Below, piece by piece: positions 29,835 to 36,972 of a stretch of DNA of 37,323 bases. The stretch's first letter is position 1. Every line of letters starts with the position of its first letter. The notes beneath the pieces are model-generated. The model was not told the origin of the DNA and ran no database searches. It saw only the letters and a program-made list of their open reading frames with translations. Source of the stretch: Desulfobulbaceae bacterium UBA2213 (lineage in GTDB: Bacteria > Desulfobacterota > Desulfobulbia > Desulfobulbales > Desulfocapsaceae); NCBI GenBank assembly GCA_002327225.1, contig DCUN01000086.1, positions 1-37,323 on the forward strand. The letters are read 5' to 3'. The translations under genes and the position numbers were made by a program.

Positions 29835-29864
29835 GTCTCTTGCTGATTCCTTGAGCGTCCCTTA

Positions 29865-30995
29865 CTAATCGATACGCTGGCCGCACTGGTTACAGAACAT
29901 GGCGCCAGGCAGATTCTCAGCCTTGCAATAGGGACAGAGGGCCACCTGCGGCCGTTCAGTGGCAGGACGCCCGCAGCGGGAACAGAATTTGGCGTTCAGG
30001 GCCATATTCTTCCCGCAATGGACGCACTGGCTCAAGACAAGCTGCTGGTGTCCGCACAAAGGACAGAAACGGGCATCGGCCGGGATCGTATTCTGACATT
30101 CAGAGCACGTGGTGGTCGCGCTGCCCTGCTGTTCATGCACTGTGGCCCCACCCAGACCATGGGCAAACATGGCAGGCATCATCATCCCCAGACCGAGCCC
30201 CATCCCCGCCCCTGCCTCTCCCTGATTTTCCGCGGCCTTTTCCATGGCCATGGCCGCCTTCATCTTCACAAACTTATCAATATCATGAATCATATTGAGA
30301 CGGCCCTTGTCATCAATGGCCTTCTGCACCTCTTCCGGCGGGGTGATCGAGGTAATATAGAGATGGCTGAGCTGCAGTCCGAAGTGCCCGAAATCGCCGA
30401 TCAGCCGTTTCTGCAACTGCAGGGACAGCTCATCAAAGCGGCCCGGCAGGTTGAGGATGGTGTCGAGGACCTCGCCCAGGTAATCGTTAAAACGGGAGAC
30501 AATCACCTCCTTGAGATAGAGAGCAATGGCCTCGGCAGTAAAGTGTCCCATGGTGCCCACCAGGGAGTTGATGAAGAGGACCGGTTGGACAATCTGGATA
30601 TTGAAGACGCCATGGGCACGCAGACGGATCAATCCCAGTTCACTGTCCCGGAAGGCCACCGGGTTCATGGTTCCCCATTTCAGGTTAGTGAAATGTTTCA
30701 TATTGACCATATAGACCTCGGCCCGCAGGGGACTGTTGCCGCGCCACGGCACCGAGAGGATCTTGGTCAGCAGGGGGAGATTGCCCGTTTTCAGGGTATG
30801 GCGACCGGGCCCGAAGGCATCACAGGCCCTACCCTGATAAAAAAGGACTGCCGCCTGACTTTCCCGCACCGTGAGCTGGGCCCCCCACTTGATCTCACCC
30901 GACCCCTCTTCCGGCAAGCGGTGCACCAGTTCCTGGCCCGTCTCATCAAACCACTCTATATTTTCAAGAAAGATGGCGCTATCAAAGGTATTCAT
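29865..30995 (-). CDS. SPFH/band-7 family protein (YdjI/COG4260-like) with C-terminal triple zinc ribbon
   Basis: The N-terminal roughly 260 aa resemble the soluble SPFH 'virion core protein-like' family (IEW.D......L..R.P..G..EIK.GAQL.V.E.Q.AV....G). The C-terminus has three CxxC-N10-12-CxxC units. I chose the ATG at 30995; the track start at 31034 is also possible. Confidence 0.75.
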   Translation of the reverse strand: MNTFDSAIFLENIEWFDETGQELVHRLPEEGSGEIKWGAQLTVRESQAAVLFYQGRACDAFGPGRHTLKTGNLPLLTKILSVPWRGNSPLRAEVYMVNMKHFTNLKWGTMNPVAFRDSELGLIRLRAHGVFNIQIVQPVLFINSLVGTMGHFTAEAIALYLKEVIVSRFNDYLGEVLDTILNLPGRFDELSLQLQKRLIGDFGHFGLQLSHLYITSITPPEEVQKAIDDKGRLNMIHDIDKFVKMKAAMAMEKAAENQGEAGAGMGLGLGMMMPAMFAHGLGGATVHEQQGSATTTCSECQNTIPADARFCPLCGHQQLVLSQCVHCGKNMALNAKFCSRCGRPATERPQVALCPYCKAENLPGAMFCNQCGQRID

Positions 30996-31125
30996 GGCAC
31001 TTCCCCTATCCACATATTTTCCGGCCATTGGCATCTTCCGGCTTCCGGCTTGCAGAGCTGACAGGATGAATTATAGTACACTTAAAACCCTTACTCCAGA
31101 CAAAAACTCGAGGAGATATGAGAAA

Positions 31126-31473
31126 ATGGACATCAAAGACCAATGGACAGTGGAAACCGCGATGGAGGTCCTTCAGCACACGACCGTTGATTCAAAACTG
31201 TGGGCCGAGGCCGTTGAATGGCTGATCCTCTTTGGCCCTGAAGAGGTTCGTGACCTGCTCCTGCAATCATCCGGCACGGCCACCAGCGAGTGCTTCCCGG
31301 AACTCAGGGCGACAGGCTATGCGCCCGACGGCCAGCCCTGTTATAATGTCGCAGAAATTGCCAAATCCCTGCAGATCAGCGAGAAAGAGGCCAAGGATAT
31401 CATTGCCAGAAAACAGGAGGCGCACAAGATGCCCCACTTCATCGACGAGGCCGAGACCCACAAGGTGCAATGA
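31126..31473 (+). CDS. hypothetical protein (115 aa), possible helix-turn-helix segment
   Basis: The ATG at 31126 is preceded by AGGAGA about 10 nt upstream. The upstream part of the track ORF (from 30871) overlaps the SPFH gene and was discarded. YNVAEIAKSLQISEKEAKDIIA looks HTH-like, but this is weak evidence. Confidence 0.5.
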   Translation: MDIKDQWTVETAMEVLQHTTVDSKLWAEAVEWLILFGPEEVRDLLLQSSGTATSECFPELRATGYAPDGQPCYNVAEIAKSLQISEKEAKDIIARKQEAHKMPHFIDEAETHKVQ

Positions 31474-31474
31474 C

Positions 31475-31517
31475 AAAAAAGGCCAGGCCCCTGCAGAGAT
31501 ACTGCAGGGGCCTGGCC
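31475..31517. terminator. strong stem-loop terminator (nrfA side has U-tract)
   Basis: Perfect 16-bp stem GGCCAGGCCCCTGCAG / CTGCAGGGGCCTGGCC with a 5-nt loop. An A6 run precedes it on the plus strand, which gives a U6 tract after the stem for the minus-strand nrfHA transcript. Confidence 0.75.
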
Positions 31518-31548
31518 GCTCAGACAAACTACAGAACAATCAGTCTGC

Positions 31549-33057
31549 TTATTTGGAATAGGAAGATTTATCGCTCATCCCTTTCCGTGAATCCATATTC
31601 AACAACCCCTTTTCCACTGCCTGCTTATTCCACTCCTGGAGCAGGGTGGCCTTAAAGGTCTCTTTCTCGGCCACCAGTTTGACCATGTCCACGCCGGCCA
31701 AGACCTGAGCACTCTCCTTGGTGGAGAAATCAGGGGCGACATACTCAATTGCCCCGTGTTTGGCCAGAACCTTTACCAGTTTCAAGCGGGCAGTCTGAGC
31801 CTGCTCGTTGGCCACCGACAACAATCGCAACGTCTCATCAGGGGCATGGAAGAAATTTCCATGACCGGCAACGGCCATATCCCACTTCCACTGACCATGG
31901 CGGATATCCTGAAGGATATCCTTCATCTCCTCTTCTGTCGCCCCCACCCTCCAGGCCTCTCCGGCCTCCAGATGGGCCTTGGCAAGATTATCCATGGCAA
32001 ATTTGGCCAGCTGTTCCTTCTTCTCCTGCTTGATTTTGACGACCTCCCTGAACTCAGCCTCAGTCTCCTGATGACAGGTCAGACAGGTGTTGGCGGCATT
32101 GTCAAGGGGGCTTTGGATCTGATGGTTAGAGTACTTGACCGCACCCTCCTGTATATAAGGCATATGACAATCGGCACAGGCCAGGCCCCTGCGGAAATGA
32201 ATTCCTTTGGTGAACACCTCGTAATCGGGATGCTGGGCCTTGAGCATGGGGGCCTTGCTGATCTGATGGGTCCAGTCAGAAAAACCGGCATCATCATAAT
32301 ATTTTTCCATCTCTTCAACTCCCAGGCCATTCTTCCAGGGGAAAGTGACAACCATGGCCGTTTTCTTGACCCCGGCCGGATCATCCCACTCCGTCTTCTT
32401 GAAATAATACTCGGAGTGACATTGGGCGCAGACCAGTGAGCGCATCTCCTGATGGGTCGTGTCTGCCAGTTTGACCCCGCTGGCCTCCAGCCCCTTTTTC
32501 AGATACGGTCTGGTTAAAGTGAGATTGACGGTCTTGCTGTCATGGCAATCGCCGCAACCAATGGGATTGACGATCTCCTGACCGTACTTGGCCCACTTGC
32601 CGGTGAAGTATTCCATCTCACCCACCTCCTCCATCATCCGCGGCACATCAGGCGACTTACAGCTCCAGCAGGCCGTGGGCAGAGGACCGGTTACGGCGTC
32701 AATAGGGGCGCCGGTCCTCAGGGTATTGGTCACATCCTGGAGTGCGTAAAAATGGCCTCGCGGGGCATTATAATCCTTGGAAAAGGCATACCCGCCCCAT
32801 AATACGGCAAGCTGGGGATACTTCTTGAGCTGATCATCAATCTTGTCACTCTCTTTGGTCTTTTTCCACGAATCATATTCTCGAGGGTAATATTTCGCCC
32901 ATTCCTCGTTGCGGCTCTCCACCCCTTTTTCCTTGACCACCGGACTGGTATTGATTGTCTTTTTCTCTTCGGCCTTGGTGTTAATTGAATTGGTCAGCAA
33001 CAGCATCGAAGCTATCGCCACCGACGAACCAGCCAACAAAAGCTTATATTTATTCAT
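31549..33057 (-). CDS. nrfA: pentaheme cytochrome c nitrite reductase (ammonia-forming) catalytic subunit
   Basis: A signal peptide, the diagnostic active-site heme motif CWSCK (CxxCK), and four CxxCH sites (CGDCH, CAQCH, CADCH, CLTCH). 502 aa. Confidence 0.95.
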   Translation of the reverse strand: MNKYKLLLAGSSVAIASMLLLTNSINTKAEEKKTINTSPVVKEKGVESRNEEWAKYYPREYDSWKKTKESDKIDDQLKKYPQLAVLWGGYAFSKDYNAPRGHFYALQDVTNTLRTGAPIDAVTGPLPTACWSCKSPDVPRMMEEVGEMEYFTGKWAKYGQEIVNPIGCGDCHDSKTVNLTLTRPYLKKGLEASGVKLADTTHQEMRSLVCAQCHSEYYFKKTEWDDPAGVKKTAMVVTFPWKNGLGVEEMEKYYDDAGFSDWTHQISKAPMLKAQHPDYEVFTKGIHFRRGLACADCHMPYIQEGAVKYSNHQIQSPLDNAANTCLTCHQETEAEFREVVKIKQEKKEQLAKFAMDNLAKAHLEAGEAWRVGATEEEMKDILQDIRHGQWKWDMAVAGHGNFFHAPDETLRLLSVANEQAQTARLKLVKVLAKHGAIEYVAPDFSTKESAQVLAGVDMVKLVAEKETFKATLLQEWNKQAVEKGLLNMDSRKGMSDKSSYSK

Positions 33058-33080
33058 GATAATTACGCCCCTCCCTTTTT

Positions 33081-33611
33081 TTATTTCAACTCTCTTACAC
33101 CAAGATTATATGGTGTCGCGGTTAAACTTCTTACCCTGCCATGGGGTACGTCCCGATGACATTCCCAGCATTTTCTATCCATCTGCACCTTGCCCGTAAA
33201 GTCATGATAGCGGTCACTGTTTTCCCTGATCGTTCCGGTAATCGTGGCATGACAGGAGATACAGTTGGCCTGCACCCGTTCCGCTGCATCCTCACTGATC
33301 TGAATCCGTTGGGCAAAAGTATTCATAGTGAAGGCACTGGAGTGTTTCCAGCCATCTCTCATCTTGGCCACATATTTATCAATGACACCGGTAGTGGGAA
33401 GATGACACTCAACACACGTGACGTTCCGGGCATGAGAACTATGCTGCCATGTCGCATACGAAGTATTCATGACATGACAGTTGATACAGGCCTTTGGATC
33501 CTTGGACAGATATGACAAGGCCCTTGACGCGTTCATCAGATAAATGAACAAGGCAATAGCAACGACAAAGGCCGCCAGGGAACAGTATTTTAACAATGTA
33601 CCTGTTTTCAT
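33081..33611 (-). CDS. nrfH: NapC/NirT-family tetraheme cytochrome c quinol dehydrogenase NrfH
   Basis: An N-terminal TM anchor and four CxxCH sites (CINCH, CVECH, CISCH, CWECH). It lies directly upstream of nrfA. Confidence 0.9.
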   Translation of the reverse strand: MKTGTLLKYCSLAAFVVAIALFIYLMNASRALSYLSKDPKACINCHVMNTSYATWQHSSHARNVTCVECHLPTTGVIDKYVAKMRDGWKHSSAFTMNTFAQRIQISEDAAERVQANCISCHATITGTIRENSDRYHDFTGKVQMDRKCWECHRDVPHGRVRSLTATPYNLGVRELK

Positions 33612-33784
33612 GGTGTCTTTTCCTGACAGAGCGGATAAGCAACTGATACCGTGACATAATATTCAACATGGCGAACCGGCGACTCCTTTTTCATTTCTAA
33701 CGCTTCTCTCATTCTATCACCTCCTTTGCGGCATAATGCCTTTAAACTCTTACACTGAATCGTCCATCATTAATAAGATTGAAA

Positions 33785-33800
33785 TGCAATAACCAGACCA
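33785..33800 (-). promoter_or_regulatory. candidate sigma54 (-24/-12) promoter of nrfHA
   Basis: Minus strand reads TGGTCTGGTTATTGCA. GG and TTGCA have exactly the consensus spacing of TGGCACG-N4-TTGCW. It lies about 175 nt upstream of the nrfH start, and a sigma54-dependent activator gene is adjacent. Confidence 0.5.
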
Positions 33801-33906
33801 GACTGAAGAATTCTCTTTTACGCATACAAAACTCCCCCAAAACACCAAAAAAAAGACGGTTTCCCTCAAAAAAACAAAAAAATCTTTTACTTCTGCATCC
33901 GGCCGC

Positions 33907-33954
33907 GCTACCATTCGGTATCATCAAGCGGAAAAATCGTCACCGAAAGGTAGC
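33907..33954. promoter_or_regulatory. candidate enhancer (UAS): two ACC-N4-GGT palindromes forming a 13-nt inverted repeat
   Basis: GCTACCATTCGGT (33907-33919) and ACCGAAAGGTAGC (33942-33954) are reverse complements at 12 of 13 positions. Each arm is itself palindromic (ACC-N4-GGT). The arm centres are about 32 bp apart (three helical turns). The site lies about 110-165 bp upstream of the -24/-12 element, with A-tracts in between. Confidence 0.4.
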
Positions 33955-34060
33955 ATCTCGCAAAAAGTTTTATGATTTTACACCATCAAACCAACTGAGA
34001 TTATACACAATTCTCGCCAACTGACTTTTTAACGAGTAGAACAAAGATAAGGCATATGAT

Positions 34061-35623
34061 TTGAATATTAAAAAAAACATCTATTTCTTCTTCACCTTAC
34101 GGACAAAGTTCATCCTCTGCATCGGGATTATCGTCTCGCTCTCCTACGCCCTGCTGCTCTACAGGACTTCACAGATCCAGGACGAACTCATTATCACCCA
34201 GACAAAGGAGCAGGCCCGCATGCTGTTCCGCTATATTCGTCTGACCCGGCAATGGGTGGCTGATCACAACGGACTTTTTATCCTGAAAAAGGCAGGGGTC
34301 GAAGCCAACCCTTTCCTCCCCCTGCCCGTTATTACCGATAATGCCGGTAACCAGTATGTGATGCGCAACCCGGCCATGGTAACCAGAGAGCTCTCCCGCT
34401 ACTCCGAACAGGAAGGGTATGGCCGCTTCCGGGTCACCAGCCTCAACCCCGTCAATCCTGTTAATGCTGCCGACACCTTTGAGCAGCAGGCCATGATCAG
34501 TTTTCAACAGAAAGAGCTGGAGGCAGCAGCCGTGTTCAACAGTCCTGCCGGCCGTGTTGTCCGCTACGTTGCCCCACTGTTTGTAGAGCAGTCCTGCCTT
34601 GAATGCCATTCCACTCAGGGGTATCAGGGTAACGATATCATGGGGGCCCTCTCCATTACCATCCCCATTGCCTGGGCCGACAGCATGATTGCAGAGAGTA
34701 AAAAAAGTCTGTTTATTATGGGGGGCATCTCAGTGTTACTGGTCACCACCGTCCTCTTTCTCCTGCTGGACACTTTGGTTACAGGACGAATCAGTAAACT
34801 TTCCTCTGCGATGAGATCCTTTCCGGACAAGACACCTGATCCGCAATCCCTACCCTCTGGCCATGACGAGATTGCCTCGCTCAGCGCCCACTTCGATCTC
34901 CTCTGCCAGCGGCTCAATCAATCAAGAGATGAGCTGGATAAAAACCGCAGTCAGGCCTGTTTTAACGAAAAGATGGCCTCACTCGGCATCCTCTCCGCCG
35001 GTATCGCCCATGAAGTGAACAACCCCCTGGCCGGCATGCTCAACTGTATCAAGGCTATGGGCGAGAATCCTGAGAACCGTGAGCTGCACCAACGCTACCT
35101 GCCTCTGATCAACAAGGGCCTGAGACAGATCGAACAGACCATGCGTCAACTCCTGAACTTCGGCCGGACCGAACCCCTGCAGCAGCGCAGGGTGGATGCC
35201 GACGGACTGATCAGAGAATGCTTCGAACTGCTTTCCTGCAAACTCAAGGATATTGAGCTGCTCATCAACCTTGATCTGCCCGGAGACATTGTCATTGACG
35301 CTGAGGCCCTCAAGCAGATCATTGTCAACATAGGACTCAATGGAATCCAGGCCATGACAGAAACCGGCGGCTCCCTGACAGTAACCGGGACATGCCGGGA
35401 TTCGCAGCTCACCCTCACCTTTCAGGACACCGGCACAGGAATTACCGCTGAGCACCTACCCCATATCTTTGACCCCTTTTTCACCACCAAGGATGTTGGA
35501 GAAGGAACCGGACTGGGACTGGCAGTCACCTATTCCCTGGTGCAACGCATGGGTGGCACCATTACGGTTGAGAGCCAGCCGGGATACGGTTCGCGCTTTG
35601 TGGTTACCTTACCAACAGCATAA
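34061..35623 (+). CDS. sensor histidine kinase with periplasmic heme-c-type (CxxCH, DUF3365/Tll0287-like) sensor domain
   Basis: TM1 spans residues 10-34 and TM2 residues 217-240. The roughly 180-aa extracytoplasmic domain contains RNP...N..AD.FE and CLECHS (residues 179-184). HAMP, HisKA (GIAHEVNNPLAG) and HATPase (GTGLGLAV) domains follow. The start is TTG with TAAGG upstream. Confidence 0.9.
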   Translation: MNIKKNIYFFFTLRTKFILCIGIIVSLSYALLLYRTSQIQDELIITQTKEQARMLFRYIRLTRQWVADHNGLFILKKAGVEANPFLPLPVITDNAGNQYVMRNPAMVTRELSRYSEQEGYGRFRVTSLNPVNPVNAADTFEQQAMISFQQKELEAAAVFNSPAGRVVRYVAPLFVEQSCLECHSTQGYQGNDIMGALSITIPIAWADSMIAESKKSLFIMGGISVLLVTTVLFLLLDTLVTGRISKLSSAMRSFPDKTPDPQSLPSGHDEIASLSAHFDLLCQRLNQSRDELDKNRSQACFNEKMASLGILSAGIAHEVNNPLAGMLNCIKAMGENPENRELHQRYLPLINKGLRQIEQTMRQLLNFGRTEPLQQRRVDADGLIRECFELLSCKLKDIELLINLDLPGDIVIDAEALKQIIVNIGLNGIQAMTETGGSLTVTGTCRDSQLTLTFQDTGTGITAEHLPHIFDPFFTTKDVGEGTGLGLAVTYSLVQRMGGTITVESQPGYGSRFVVTLPTA

Positions 35624-35637
35624 GAGAGGAAAAGACT

Positions 35638-36972
35638 ATGCCACGCATTCTTCTTGCAGAGGATGATGAGATTATCCGCGTCTCCGTTTCCGACCGTCTG
35701 AAACAGTATGGCTGGCTGGTGGATGAGGCGGAAGACGGTTTGAAGGCGGCCGCAATGGCTGAAAAGCAGAAGTACAATCTGGTGATCTCTGACATCCGGA
35801 TGCCGGGACTAAGCGGCACATCCCTGCTCAACCGTATCAGACAACAGAGCCAGGACACAGATGTCTTTATCATGACGGCCTACGGATCCATTGATGATGC
35901 CCTGGAGTGCCTGCGCAAGGGGGCCGCGGACTATATCCTGAAGCCCTTCGACATGGACGACCTCATCATCCGGGTCAGCAGGCTTCTCGACATTCAGGCC
36001 GTCAAGGCCCGCTGCGCCTCCCTTGAGGCGAGTTGTCCGGTGGCGGCAAACAGACTGATAGGCAGCGGGCCTGCCATGCGTCAGATCTTTTCCATTATTG
36101 AACAGGCCGCCCCCACCAATGCCACCATCCTCATTACCGGAGAGTCAGGTACGGGAAAGGAACTGGCAGCCAGGGCCATCCATCAGGCAAGCCCGCGGCG
36201 TGACAAACCCTTTGTTTCCATCAACTGTGCGGCCATACCGGAAGGACTCATGGAGTCGGAGCTGTTCGGCCATGAACGCGGCTCCTTCACCGGGGCCGAC
36301 CAGACACGGAAGGGAAAATTCGAGCTGGCCGACAATGGCACCCTGCTCCTGGATGAACTTGGCGATCTACCGGGGCCGTTGCAGGCAAAACTGCTGCGGG
36401 TACTTCAGGAAAGTGAGTTTGAACGGGTGGGAGGCAGCAAAAGTATCAGCGTTGATGTCCGCATTCTCGCCTGTACCTCAAAGAATCTCCAGCAGGAGGT
36501 GGCAGAAGGCCGCTTCCGCCAGGATCTCCTCTTCAGATTGCAGGTGATCCCCATCACCATGCCGCCCCTTCGGGCCCACAAGGAAGACATCTCCGAACTG
36601 TGCAAGAATTTTCTCAGAGAGTTCAGCTCCTCTCACCACAAGACACTTATCCTCAGTCAGGCCGCACTGGACTGTCTCCGGTCATACGATTTCCCAGGAA
36701 ACGTCCGGGAACTTCGCAATCTGATAGAACGCGCCACGGTCCTCAGCAATGGCCCGGAGATCACCCCGTTCGATCTGCCGACAGAGCTCTGCCAGCAGTG
36801 CGCAAACCAGGATATTGGCTTGAATTTGGCAGAAAACATGGCCATTGCCGAACAGATCTGTCTCAAGAGGGCCCTGGAAAACTGTGATGGCAACCGCACC
36901 GAGACGGCAAAGGCCCTGGGAATAAGCAGAAAGAATTTGTGGGAAAAATTAAAAGGGTACGGGATTGGATAG
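35638..36972 (+). CDS. sigma54-dependent response regulator (NtrC family)
   Basis: Receiver domain (LVISDIRMPGLSG), AAA+ domain with GESGTGKE, the sigma54-contact motif ESELFGHERGSFTGA, and a C-terminal Fis-type HTH (TAKALGISRKNLWEKLK). Confidence 0.95.
   Translation: MPRILLAEDDEIIRVSVSDRLKQYGWLVDEAEDGLKAAAMAEKQKYNLVISDIRMPGLSGTSLLNRIRQQSQDTDVFIMTAYGSIDDALECLRKGAADYILKPFDMDDLIIRVSRLLDIQAVKARCASLEASCPVAANRLIGSGPAMRQIFSIIEQAAPTNATILITGESGTGKELAARAIHQASPRRDKPFVSINCAAIPEGLMESELFGHERGSFTGADQTRKGKFELADNGTLLLDELGDLPGPLQAKLLRVLQESEFERVGGSKSISVDVRILACTSKNLQQEVAEGRFRQDLLFRLQVIPITMPPLRAHKEDISELCKNFLREFSSSHHKTLILSQAALDCLRSYDFPGNVRELRNLIERATVLSNGPEITPFDLPTELCQQCANQDIGLNLAENMAIAEQICLKRALENCDGNRTETAKALGISRKNLWEKLKGYGIG

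Noticed and set aside
27996-29846. A 616-aa plus-strand ORF spanning the deaminase and zinc-ribbon genes. It is the longest unexplained ORF in the track.
   Set aside because: It is antisense to two minus-strand ORFs that have clear motifs (HAE/PCxxC deaminase; paired CxxC ribbons) and tight operon-like spacing. Its translation is rich in G/H/Q/R/P, has no motifs and no Shine-Dalgarno, which is typical of an antisense shadow ORF in GC-rich coding DNA.
31035-31051. A tandem heptamer CTTCCGG CTTCCGG CTT just upstream of the SPFH gene.
   Set aside because: It has only about 2.4 copies of 7 nt, which is too short to distinguish from chance. It may simply be part of the 5' UTR, or of the coding region if the longer start at 31034 is used.
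30018-31061. A 347-aa plus-strand ORF opposite the SPFH gene.
   Set aside because: It is an antisense shadow of the SPFH/zinc-ribbon ORF, which has recognisable domain features. I see no motifs in the plus-strand product.
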